DNA of 64,000 nt. Source: Octopus sinensis. Lineage: Eukaryota. Shown one piece after another: positions 52,890-64,000 of the stretch. The stretch is from NCBI RefSeq assembly GCF_006345805.1, contig NC_043003.1, forward strand, positions 100,316,001 through 100,380,000. Reading direction: 5' to 3'. The translations under genes and the position numbers were made by a program. Numbering within the stretch: position 1 is the stretch's first letter; each line of letters begins with the position of its first letter. The notes beneath the pieces were generated by a model. It had not been told where the DNA came from. It was given only the letters and a program-made list of their open reading frames with translations, and searched no databases.

Positions 52890-53539
52890 AAATGGTGACC
52901 CCCCCCCCCACCAAAGATTTTCAGCAACTGAAAGCTTTATTGTTGTAGGCACCTCACCCAAACTGCAGAATGGCAGTCTTTGCTCGCATTCTCAACTAAA
53001 AAATCAATGGACCAACGTCAGGATATCTTCTCTCATTCAAGTGAACTTTTAAAATACACGTTCTTTGCCTTGAACTTGTAACTAGAAGTGAATGCATTCT
53101 TCTTACATGGAAATACATGGTATTCTTTCAAATAATCTCCTTTTGGAGTAATTTCTCCCGCAATATTGATGGTCAACGCTTGATACCAGTAAATACACCA
53201 AATACAACAACAGGAGGACACTTCAAGCAAGCTAGCCATCAACTTCCAGTCATTGTTCCCGTCTACTACCATGTTTGGATGCCTCATGTGTTGAGACAGA
53301 AAATGACCAGTTCGCCCGCCACTTTCTGATGCCTTCTTAAATATAAAAACAAAAATAATGTTTTTTTCAGCGGACTGTAACACAAGTTTGGTGACTAAAC
53401 AAAAAAAATTTTTCATTGCTGCTCACAGTACACAAAAAAAATAATAAAATCAAAAATTTTGTTATGTAATTTTTTTTTTGCATACATGTTACTATTCCAA
53501 CAACACTTTTGTCGGTTCTTTGGTTCTTTTCTTTTCTTT

Positions 53540-54290
53540 CCTCTGTACAAAAGTAGTTTTCCCAGCTTACTCGCATGTCCTGGTGACATCGCACTTTGGT
53601 TTGCTCAATTGGATGCGTATTTTTCCACCCATGCTGTGCCTCACCAGCAGCAGCTAAACCTTTTTCTGTGGGATGCCTTCACCTATTGCACACTCAGTGA
53701 AAGATCTCATCACTGACCCACATCTGGATGTGACTTACGCAGCTGTCAAATCCTAGGTTCTCCATCGGAACACGCAATCCACAGAGAGTAAAAGAGAGTA
53801 AATTCTGGACACTGATGCAGGATGAACATGTGGGGGGATAGGACACCATCTGAGTTTCTTCGTCATCTGCAAGAACTCAGCGTCACTCCATTTGAGGACA
53901 ATCCTCTGCTGAGGAAATTGTTATTCTCTCATTTTCCACCGAATGTCCAATCGATACTGACCACAATGGCCAACTCCAATTCGCTTGATCAGATAGCCAC
54001 CATGAAGTACAAGATCATAGAGTTTACTGTGCAGCCTGCACCTCACCATACTTCTTCGGACCCTATAGTAGCTTCCCCTAATACTGCAAAGTCTCCTAAC
54101 TTGTCACGTGACGACATTTTGGAGAGAGTCAATACATTAACACATTGCATGGACACACTGTGGCAACAATATGCCAGCTCTCATCGTCCTCGCAGCAGAA
54201 GCCATTCTAAGTCACAGTCGTCTAGTTCTACTCCAACAGTTTCCAATCTCTGCTGGTACCATGCCACATTTAAGGGCAAAGCCCATTGAT
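53540..54290 (+). pseudogene. Gypsy gag
   Basis: PGDIALWFAQLDAYF..GDRTPSEFLRHL..LCWYHATF. Confidence 0.8.
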
Positions 54291-54379
54291 GCATCCAGCC
54301 CTGTTTGTTCAAACTGTCAGGAAACTAGTTGTGGAAGATTTGGGCACGTCAAATTCTTCCTGAAATTTTTCATCTCATC

Positions 54380-57290
54380 ATGCATTCTTTGTTAAGGATT
54401 GTGTGTCTAATGAATCATTCATGGTTGACACTGGATCTAGCTGTTCTATTTGGCCTTTGTGTCTTATTTCAGACAGGCCGAAGCAATCTGCCATTAACCT
54501 GCACACGGTAAATCTATCCCTGATAAAAACTTAGTCAGGTCTCATTAAACCTAGATCTCAACCTTTGAAAGGATTTTAGGTTGGTTTTTGTTATAGCAGA
54601 TCTACCATACCCCATTTTGGGGGCAGGCTTCTTAAACCACTGTCACTTGTTAGTAGATGTCAGGCAACAGAGACTCGTGGATGATTCTACATCTTTGTTT
54701 ATGCCTGCTCCGGTTACTACAAATGCTGTTTTCAGCCCGTTGTTTTTTGTTGCCACTGCTGGTGACCAGTTTCACTCCCTTTTGGCTCCTTTCCCAGAGC
54801 TGGTAGATCCAACTTTCAAATCAGTCAAAGTCACACACTTGACTCACCATTATATTACTACTTCTGGACCACCCATCTTTTCACATCCACAGCAACTCAC
54901 CCCTGATTGGCTCAAAAAGACTCAATCTGAATTTGAGCATATGCTTCAAATTGGCCTTATTTGCCCCTCCAGCAGCCCTTGGGCATCTCCTCTACATTTG
55001 GCATGAAAAGGCGATTCAGTAGGGGATTACAGACGTTTGAATGCAGTCACTGTTCCCAATCGCTATTCGATAAGGAGTCTCCAGGATTTTTCTTCAAACT
55101 TGCGTGGTTGTACTATTTTTTCCAAGGTTGACCTCATCTGGGCTTATCATCAAATTCCAGTGAACCCTGATGACATTCCCAAAACTGCTGTTACCACTCC
55201 TTTTGGAAGTTTTGAGTTCTTGTTTATGAGCTTCGGTTTGCAGAATGCAATGAGCACATTCCAGAGGTTTATTGACGAAGTTGTCCATGGACTTTTCACT
55301 TAGTCGATGATTTGCTCATAGCTAGCGACACACGTAAATATCACCTCTAACACTTATCTCAACTTTTTCAGTGTCTTCACACCTACAATGGGCAAATCAA
55401 TCCCAATTAGTGTGTTTTCTCTGGAATTCCTACTTCATTATATTGACTCTAATGGTATCCGACCTCTCTCCTCAAAAGTCGATGCAATTCAATGCATCTC
55501 ACCTCCAACTTCTTTATGTCAACTGCCTCACTTCTTGGGAATTGTCAACTTCTACAGGAGATTCATACTTAAATGTACAAACAAGTTACCTCCCCTGACT
55601 CAACTACTGAATGCAAATAAATCAAAAAATTCTCCTATCACTCTATCAGCCAAGGCATTATCTTCTTTTGAGCTAACCAAGAAGAAAAATAGCTTCTTTT
55701 CCTTTGCTTGCACATCCGGTTCCTGATGTTTGTCTCTCTTTAACAGTTGATGCATGGGATTCTGCTGTTGGTGTTGCTTTACAACATACCATCGATAACC
55801 ACGCTTGACCTTTGGCATGTTTTTTCTCATCAATTAAAGCCAGCTGAACGTCGTTACACTATGTTTGATCATGAACTCTAAACAATCTACCTGTCGGTTC
55901 GTCATTTTCAACATCAACTTGAGGGCTGAGATTTTGTGATTTATACTTATCACAAACCTCTTATGTTTGCTCTGTCATGTAAATCGGACAAACACTCACC
56001 TCATGTTTTTCATCTCCTGGACTACTATTCCCAGTTCACGAGTAACATTCAGCATATACTTGGAACAGAGAACGTACCTGCTGACATACTCTCTTATCTC
56101 CCTGTGTGTTCTCTTTCATATCCTGCTGCAATCAATTTAACTGCCATTGCACAGGATCAGCCAGCTATGGACACATTGGATCTAACTTGTACCAAGTTGT
56201 CCTGTTGCAAGTTTGCCTATCTTCCACTTCCATCTGCTGAAGGCACAATCCTTTGTGACACAGCTACTGGTTCTCCAAGACCGTTTGTACCACCAGTGTT
56301 CCATTTTTGATGCCTTGCATTCATGTCACATTCTGGCATTGCTGCCTCAGTGAAGCTTAATTACGGCTCGGTTTTTCTGGCCTAATATGCACTTGATGAT
56401 CACCGCTTGAGCACGCTTTTGTGTGAAATGCCAGCATTCTAAAATCCACAGGCACATTCACACTCCTCTTGGACAGTTTTCTCTGCCAGAGACTCGCCTT
56501 TGCCATGTCCACATTGATCTGGTTGGACCATGGCCTGTCAGTCATGGTTTCTCTTACATATTGACATGCGTCGATTGTTTCTCTCATTGGCCAGAGGCCA
56601 TTCCAATAGTGGACATTTCCACTGAGTCAGTTGCTCGAGCTTTCATTTCTAACTGGATTAATCATTTTGGTGTCCCAGCTAAAATAACCACTGATCATGG
56701 GCACCAGTTCGAAACTTCCTTATTTCGTGAATTATCACGAATCCTAGGCGTTCATCACATTTGTATGATCAGCTACCACCCAGCCTCCAATGGGATGGTC
56801 GAACGTTTTTACAGGCAACAGAAGGCCACTCTACATGCCACTCCTGATCTGCAGTCTTGGACAGAATTCCTGCCTATCGTTCTTGGTTGCCACACTACTG
56901 TTAAGACAGACTTCAGTTTCTTCTCCACCGAATTCCTTTACGGTACCACCCTGGTACTTCCTGGTACAATGTTAGTGCCAGACAATTCATCACATCCTGG
57001 TCCAACATCGTATGTCACTAGACTTTGCTCATATTTCTTGAGTCTTCCATCCATACATCTGTGTGACCAATCTATTCCTTCTCATGTCCCACCAGACATT
57101 GACAAATGGACTCATGTTTTTGTTCAGGATGATTCTGTCAGAGGATCGCTCATTTCTCCCTATAAAGGATCATTTTGTATGCTATCGTGCACACCCAAAA
57201 CTTTTAGTCTCGACATCAATGGTCGGGCAGAGACCGTGTCAGTCGACAGTCTTAAAAAGGCACATTTTGAGGTTTTCACACCCTTCGATG
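54380..57290 (+). pseudogene. Gypsy pol (PR, RT, RNase H, integrase) with many stops and frameshifts
   Basis: MVDTG (54421), [38 protein letters not shown] (55303), HIDLVGP..TTDHGHQFE..YHPASNGMVERF. Confidence 0.92.
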
Positions 57291-57692
57291 ACACTCCAGC
57301 CACGCCCACTTTTGATTCTTTACAACCACCTACATATCCACCTGCACATGCACCTTTGACCACACCAAACAAACCTTATGTAACCAGTACAGGCCATACT
57401 GTGCATTGCCCAGAAAACTCACCAGAACTATTTATATCTGACAACCTCTTTTGCGTTTCCTGTGACAGACAATTGCTTTCTTGTGTTGCTGAACATTTCC
57501 AATGCTTTGCCATTGAACATTTTGTCAAAATTTTGTGCATGCCCATTTATATTTCTTGTAATTATTTTCTTTTAACTTGTCACATTTTGTACCATATCTT
57601 GTTGTTTGTGATTGGTTACCATCTTTGCTCTTTTCTTGTGCCTGCTCCAGTTATTTTCTATTTACACACTAACATTCTCAGGGGGCAGACCC

Positions 57693-58139
57693 TGTAGCAA
57701 GGCACAAGAAGCCAGCGCCATTTTGAATGAAATCTTGCCAGTAGCTATTGCCATGTGTGAGACAACAACAAGATTCTCACCGACAACCAGTATTTAAGCA
57801 AGAAACCCCGACATTCACTCTCTCACTCCTCTCATGCTCAACACTGAGAAACACTGCAAAGCCAACAGCTCACAGCAGACTCTTGTCTCACTCTGACTCC
57901 ACATGCTTATCTCCAGAGATAATGAACCTCACGTGTACGGAGTTAAAACAAATCACACGCTGCTATAAAGATGGTCAGTGAGAGCAAACCACACGAACGA
58001 GAACTCTGTGAATAAATGGCTATTGAACTGTACTCCACTTGTGAACTTCTTCGTGTTCCAGATCCTTGAAACTACAAAAATAATTATAATGGAAGAAGGA
58101 GATACTCCACAGGTATCATAAACCTTCCATTCCATTATA
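57693..58139 (+). repeat. 3' LTR (447 bp)
   Basis: Differs from the 5' LTR by 3 substitutions and by lacking the 42-bp duplication. Confidence 0.95.
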
Positions 58140-58816
58140 TGTTCAAACTGGTCAGATCTACCCTCTCACACCTAGCCTATAATGTCTTTCTAAGAATAAA
58201 CAATCACATCATCAGAATCTCAAAGCTATGAGATGATGCATGGTTGATTCAAAGCAATGTGAATAAAAAGCATTGCAGTTGACAGAGTAATCTGAATGGT
58301 GGAGGGTTAAGGTAAATAAATCCCTAAAGAGGAATAACTCTCGTGACATTAGCCAGCCACTAGAGATTGATAAATGAACATAGAATGAAGCACTGTGAGT
58401 TAAAGGGTGGTTTGTAAAATCTTTGAAGGAAGTATCAGGGTATGGCTACAATGATAAAAACCAATATAATAAATCTCAGCACCAAAAGTTGATTTAACAG
58501 TATATTTACAATTTTATTATCACATATGTATACATTTCTAGGAAAAGCATGAAAGCCACTTCAATTCATGATTGTTGTTCCTGTATAATCACAGGCCATT
58601 CCAGCCATGTCTCTCTCATCTATTTTTAATTTTTGGATATAATTTATCCAAGATTACACCTATCTACTATTATTCTTTATTTTCCCATTTTATAAATAAT
58701 TGTATGTATAGTTTAAGACAGTCTTTCAAGGATCTTTCTTGCAGGCTGAGTGACTACATAAAGCCTTCACATCATTGGCTCACGTGAAAAATTGAGTAGC
58801 TTTGTGGAAATTGATA

Positions 58817-59590
58817 TCTTCTCTATATATAAAAGGTAGTTTGTCTGCCTGTGTGTCTGTGTGTCTGTCAGGTTGTACCCTTACTCTGACCACGGCTTTC
58901 AACCAATTCTGATGAAACTTGACACACACATAGCCCAATGTCATAATTCAAAACTAATGCAGCGAAAATTTTGAAAAGTTCCCCCAGTTCTGAAAAAAAT
59001 CGATAAACTCGATATGGGATCGAGAATCTAAGCTTATCATATGCAACACATTTTCCGTTGTAGTTTTCACAACTTGCAATCGATTTTCACCAAACTCATG
59101 GTGAAGCTAAGGAACTTAATTCTGACGTTAGTTTTCCATGCAATACCTTACCATCAGAAAAAATCGATAAAATCAGTCCATTTTGGGAAATCGCATTCAA
59201 ATTCAAGATGACATATTTTCGACAATATCTTTAACAAATTGGCAGGAATTTTTTTTGAAATTCACAGCGAGCATCATGTCTGCCCCAAGGAGCTATATGG
59301 CCCTTTTGATTCCAATAGGATACGTTATTACTGGAAAAAATCGGTTAATTACATCATATGTGGCACACATAGCAAACCGATTTTTCTGCGATATTTTTTG
59401 AAAGTTCACATAGATGTTCCCTACTTCTTCATGCATGCAAGGGAACAGTGCCTTGAATGCCTTAATGCCTTTTAGGCTTCATTTTACAAAATAACAGTTC
59501 TATGAGTACAAAAAAGGGTAAAAAGGTAAAGGGCATTGCTTATCGACACAGTTTCTTACATACCCGGGCAACGCCGGGCTATGCTGCTAG
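58817..59590 (+). mobile_element. Non-autonomous Helitron
   Basis: A|TC..cccgggcaacgccggg hairpin..CTAG|T. The first ~230 bp and last ~35 bp are shared with 6742-7369. Confidence 0.85.
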
Positions 59591-59655
59591 TATTGAATAA
59601 AATAAATTTTTTTTCTTTCATATTAGAATGTTAAGTGGCTTTCATTTTTTCCCAC

Positions 59656-59778
59656 CTTTTGCTCATTATGACTGGTTAATCTTATTTTCTCTTTACTGAA
59701 TTCAATAAGAAGTGCTTGCAGTGGATTTGACTTATCAAACAGATTTACATATCTTGCATGAATTACACATTGAAAGAC
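59656..59778 (-). CDS. Exon of unidentified - strand gene (phase 0 to 0)
   Basis: actttgtgttcagttccag| acceptor and AAG|gtggga donor. 41 codons: VFQCVIHARYVNLFDKSNPLQALLIEFSKEKIRLTSHNEQK. Confidence 0.55.
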
Positions 59779-60111
59779 CTGGAACTGAACACAAAGTACT
59801 TGAGTCAATAATACAAGTTTTATTTCTACTTATCTTTAGTATATGAGTATATGTTCATGCATATACACTTTATCACTGTATGGTATGCATGTGTAAGTAT
59901 ACAGAAATATTGTATTTGTTAATTGTGTAGATGTGTGTGAAGTTGCACAAAGAGAGAGAGAGAGAGAGAGAGAGTAAAAGAATATACTTGAAAGCTTACA
60001 TTATCCCAACATAAGCTCAGTTCAAGGATGTTAATCTGCACTTATGTGTAGATCAGATTAAGCAACTATACAACTTGACTGTTAATTGTGATTATATAAT
60101 AATAATTCATT

Positions 60112-60305
60112 CTAATTTTGGCACAAGGCCAGCAGTTTTGAAGGGAAGAGGCAAGTCAATTACATTGACTCCAGTACTTTACTGGTAGTTATTTTATTGA
60201 CCCCTACAAAAGGATGAACATCAACTCCAGTGAAATTGAACTCAAAACTTAAAGCCACTAAACTGTGTGTTTAGTGTGCTAATATTGTCAATTCACTGCC
60301 TTAAT
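60112..60305 (-). mobile_element. SINE
   Basis: Reverse core ggcacaaggccagcag..aactggta..gaactcaaaac. Confidence 0.6.
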
Positions 60306-60444
60306 AATAATGATGATGATATTTTTTACTGGGCTATATAATCTGAAACATATGATACAAAAGGTTATAAAACATTTGATACGAGTGAAGAGGGAGCAAA
60401 TATTATAAGTTTGGGGATCACTGCTCTGGAGCATGCTCCCTCAC

Positions 60445-60470
60445 CTGTAAATGAGGGTTTCTCACATATC
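60445..60470 (-). CDS. 26-nt micro-exon of unidentified - strand gene (phase 1 to 0)
   Basis: tttgcaatcacag| acceptor and CAG|gtgagg donor. Reads (R)YVRNPHLQ. Confidence 0.5.
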
Positions 60471-60680
60471 CTGTGATTGCAAAGTGGAACTTCAGAGGGT
60501 GGAACAAAGAAAAAAAATACATACATTATTTGAATTTACTTTTCAGGATGAAACTTAAGTCTTAAAAATAACTTTATTCCGCTAAGCTCACCAAGAACTT
60601 TATTACTCTAAATATATAGATTTAATCCTTAAGACATGATGACCAACAATTTTGTTTCCACTGTATTTGCAACAACATAC

Positions 60681-60739
60681 TTCTCCAAATGAGGATTTTG
60701 TTCACACTTTTGTCAATTAAGACAAAATGTAGGAATTGT
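60681..60739 (-). CDS. Exon of unidentified - strand gene (phase 2 to 1)
   Basis: ttttgtctgtggattcag| acceptor and |gtatgt donor. The only open frame reads QFLHFVLIDKSVNKILIWR. Confidence 0.5.
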
Positions 60740-60861
60740 CTGAATCCACAGACAAAAATGCTTTTTTGTTTTTGTTTTTGTTTTGATTTTTTTTCCCACT
60801 GACTCAAAAACTTAGTCATTCTATTTTAAAAAAAACAGTTATTAGAAAATTGACCTTTTAC

Positions 60862-61035
60862 GCAAAAAGCACCCACTACACTCATGGAGTGGTTGGCGTT
60901 AGGAAGGGCATCCATCTGTAGAAACACTGCTAGATCAGACTGGAGCCTGGTGCAGCCTCCTGGCTTTCCAGACCCTGGTTGAACCGTCCAACCCATGCTA
61001 GCAAGGAAAACGGACATTAAACAATGATGATGATG
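60862..61035 (+). mobile_element. RTE 3'-terminal fragment
   Basis: aaaagcacccactacactc..ggacattaaacaatgatgatg. Confidence 0.85.
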
Positions 61036-61294
61036 ATATATATATATATTATTATTATATATATATTATATATATTATATATTATATATATATTATTATA
61101 TGATTGAATGCCATCCATCTATTTCCAAGAAAATTTAATCTTAATAATTTTGATGTGACTCTACCTTGTACTGTTCTCTCTCTCCCCCTTTCATTTTCTC
61201 TCTATTCCTTTCTCTAATTCTTTTTCCTCCTCTTCTCCCCTTTTGTTTTTTTCTCTCTCATCCTTTCTCTAATTCTTTTTTCTCCCCTTCACCG

Positions 61295-61356
<62 letters not shown>

Positions 61357-62498
61357 CCTTTACTTTCTTTCTTGCTCACACATGATCATCGTCCATCTTT
61401 CTGTTCCTCACATGATCATCTTTCAGTCTGTCTCACAGACCAGACGCATTCTTATCTGCCTTCTCTTCTATCTTTTCTCTTGTCAAAGACAATATTCCTC
61501 CAGTGTTTGCTACTTTACCTCATCTGGCCTAATAGCCCTCCATGTTTGTTTTCATTTGGTTTATAAATTTACTGCCTCCACAGTCCTGTTTTTATTACCA
61601 ACTTTGACTCTCCACAAAATCCCAAATTTTATTTTGGCTCGCGGAAGCAACTGCCTTTTAAAGCCTCACATTGTCATTAATTGCTTGAAATGGGGAGTTG
61701 ATGGACAGCTGACAACTGATGAAGGGTCGTTCTTTATGTTACTTGCTTTGTTTTCCATTTGTTTCTCCCATTGTTTGCATACCCAAGTTTGTCTTCGTAT
61801 TTCATGTTATTTTTGTATTTCATGTTGTTTACACTTTGTGACAACCTGTACCCATATATGCATATATATATATATGTATGTATATACAAATTGAGATAGG
61901 GGTTGTAAATGCAACCCTCCATGGGATAACATATATCCAATATACTGCTAGTGAAGTACCCAACAAAGTTAAGTACCCAACAAAGTTAAGTACCCAACAA
62001 ATGTTAAGAATTGCGATGCAATTAATTCATTTACTGTATTATATGGGCAAAGGTAAAATGTTTTACCACAAATTAATAATACAAAATAAGAAAATGGAGA
62101 AATACATCTAAGTCAATTATCAACTACCAGATAGTACCCAATCACATACTTTTGACCTATCGCACATGGCTAATATAAGTAAAATGAGACACCCATATCT
62201 GCATGGCCGAAACAGCTGTAAGATGTAGTTTATATTTATATTTATATTTATTTATATTCTCTTATACATATTGTACTTATTGTATCATATTACTCCTTCA
62301 TGTACACTGTTTTGTTCTATGTTATTATGTTTGACCTTAATGTTCATATGTAGTGGTTTAATAAAGTATGTGATTGGGTATTATCTGGTAGTTGATAATT
62401 GATTTAGATGTATTTCTCCATTTTCTTATTTTGTATGTATATATATATATATACACATATATATGTATGCACATATATGTATGTATATATATAATATA

Positions 62499-62550
<52 letters not shown>

Positions 62551-62980
62551 TATATTATATATATATATACAAAGTAAGATATGGGTTATGGTGTAACCCA
62601 CTATGGGATAGTATTTATCCAATATACTGTTGGTAAAGTACCCAGATTCTTAATACGTAATAATGATAATAATATTATTGTTAATATTTGATTATTATTT
62701 ATCTGGTCTTAAGCATAGACATGTTTATATGTTCCAATATATGTATATATATGTATATGATGTGTGGTATATCTACTTGGACCTATTGTTTAATTGTGTT
62801 TATTTATGTATTTTACACTCGTAAAAGTCCATACACTTTGCTTATGTATGTATATGTGTATAAATGTATATGTCTATATGGATATTTGTTCATATTTTAT
62901 ATGTATATATTTATTTACATTAAATAATACATGTATCATGTTTAATGTATTAATATTAATATTTTTAAAGTTCCTTATAA

Positions 62981-63112
62981 CCTCTGACGAGGCCTATGGT
63001 TATATATATAAGTACCATATTTTTAAATGCCTACAACATCATTATGTTGACAACTATAGGCAATAAAAATAAAAATAAATACTTTTAGCCATAGGCTGAA
63101 ACAGCTGTAAGG
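62981..63112 (+). ncRNA. Type I minimal hammerhead ribozyme (Penelope-type) with an enlarged helix II loop
   Basis: cct-CTGACGA-ggcctatggt..gccataggct-GAAA-C-agct-GTA-agg. Both core boxes, a 10-bp helix II, a palindromic helix III loop and a 3-bp helix I are present. Confidence 0.6.
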
Positions 63113-63504
63113 AGTGATTTTAATGATTTCAATAATTTGTATTGATTTTTATAACTTGTATTCTTATCTTATATGTATTGAATTATAAGATATATATGTA
63201 TGCTATTGAGGTTCTCATGTGCAAGATTTTTTATGTGAAATCGTGTGTTGAAACAGATATTGTTGTATTTAGGAATGGTCATTTTGCCAGTTTATCCAAT
63301 AAAACTCTGGCCAAAATAAGATTAAGATTAATGTAAAAAGCAAATAACGCTGAAGCAAAGTAACACCAAATATATAGTGCGTGTGTTTTTATTGGCTAAA
63401 CTGGCAAAATGACCGTTCCTAAATACAACAATATATATATATATATATATACTATTCGTATTATATATCCCTCTCTCTCTCTTTCGGAGAGGCACAAGCA
63501 CCTA

Positions 63505-63672
63505 CACGCACATATACACACACGGCAGTAACTTCCACCTACCGAATTCAATCACAAAGCTCCGGTCAGCTCGGGGCTATAGTGAAAGACACCTACCCAA
63601 AGTGCCACGCAGTGGGACTGAACCCGAAACCATGTAGCTAGGAAGCAAGCTCCCTAACCACACAGCCATGCC
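63505..63672 (-). mobile_element. SINE 5' part (tRNA-like head)
   Basis: gtgccacgcagtgggactgaacccgaaaccatgt..accacacagcca, same family as 51175. Confidence 0.75.
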
Positions 63673-64000
63673 CAAACGTTAAAAAAACACAAACTGGGAC
63701 AAGAACGTGAAACATTTTGAAGACGACAAAAAAACACACAGACGGGACTTTCGAAGCTCTCAGTCATCAGTCAAGAACCAGATCATCTTCGCAATTTCGG
63801 CTCATTAATCTTGAGATTGCTCCAATCTGGGCAGCCCGCCAAGGGAAATCTAAGCCAATCGCATTAGATTCCATACATACACACACACACATTCTTCACC
63901 ACCTCATCCCATGTCTTCCTGGGTCTATCTCTACCACAGGTTCTCTCCACAGTTAGTGATTGGCACTTCTTTACACAACTGTCCTTGTCCATATGCATCC

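Larger units (their letters stand above)
52401..58139 (+). mobile_element. Ty3/Gypsy LTR retrotransposon, 5.7 kb, structurally complete, coding region decayed
   Basis: Two LTRs, TSD TGTT (or ATGTT), PBS-like TGGTGACCCC at 52893, purine-rich PPT before 57693, order gag-PR-RT-RH-IN. Confidence 0.95.

Noticed and set aside
53033-53416. 127-aa minus-strand ORF as an extra Gypsy gene (env-like or antisense)
   Set aside because: No recognisable motif, it starts in a low-complexity A/T run, and the rest of the element is decayed.
60445-60489. 45-nt version of the exon using the upstream AAG acceptor (FHFAITGYVRNPHLQ, or the IPLCNHRICEKPSFT frame)
   Set aside because: The CAG acceptor giving 26 nt is more canonical and is the only option that keeps all four exons in one open frame. 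It remains a possible alternative acceptor.

Overview
AT-rich, microsatellite- and transposon-dense eukaryotic DNA. The repeat landscape (tRNA-headed SINEs, RTE LINE tails ending in (ATG)n, long (TA)n tracts) suggests an octopus or other cephalopod genome; this is an inference. Two converging spliced genes can be built by hand. (1) The last four coding exons of an RS/RD-rich splicing factor on +, most likely PRPF38A (671-786, 8523-8593, a 25-nt micro-exon 9110-9134, 10764-10965). It ends in a Hub1/UBL5-interaction-domain (HIND)-like motif, DEIREANELRARLGMAPLRP*. (2) A phase-consistent chain of 4-5 small exons of an unidentified gene on - (60739 down to 50925, possibly 32153). The rest is mostly transposable elements: a near full-length Tx1/L1 LINE sitting in an (ATT)n tract, older Tx1 relics, R4/Dong-type and RTE LINE fragments, a Penelope fragment, a mariner, two Tc1, two hAT, Helitron-type elements, a Gypsy element with almost identical LTRs but a decayed interior, many SINEs, a Ulp1-like protease relic and a hammerhead-ribozyme-bearing repeat cluster. 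No rRNA, genuine tRNA gene or CRISPR array is supported. Most ORFs in the supplied track are spurious or TE-derived. All alignments and counts were done by eye; no database was searched.
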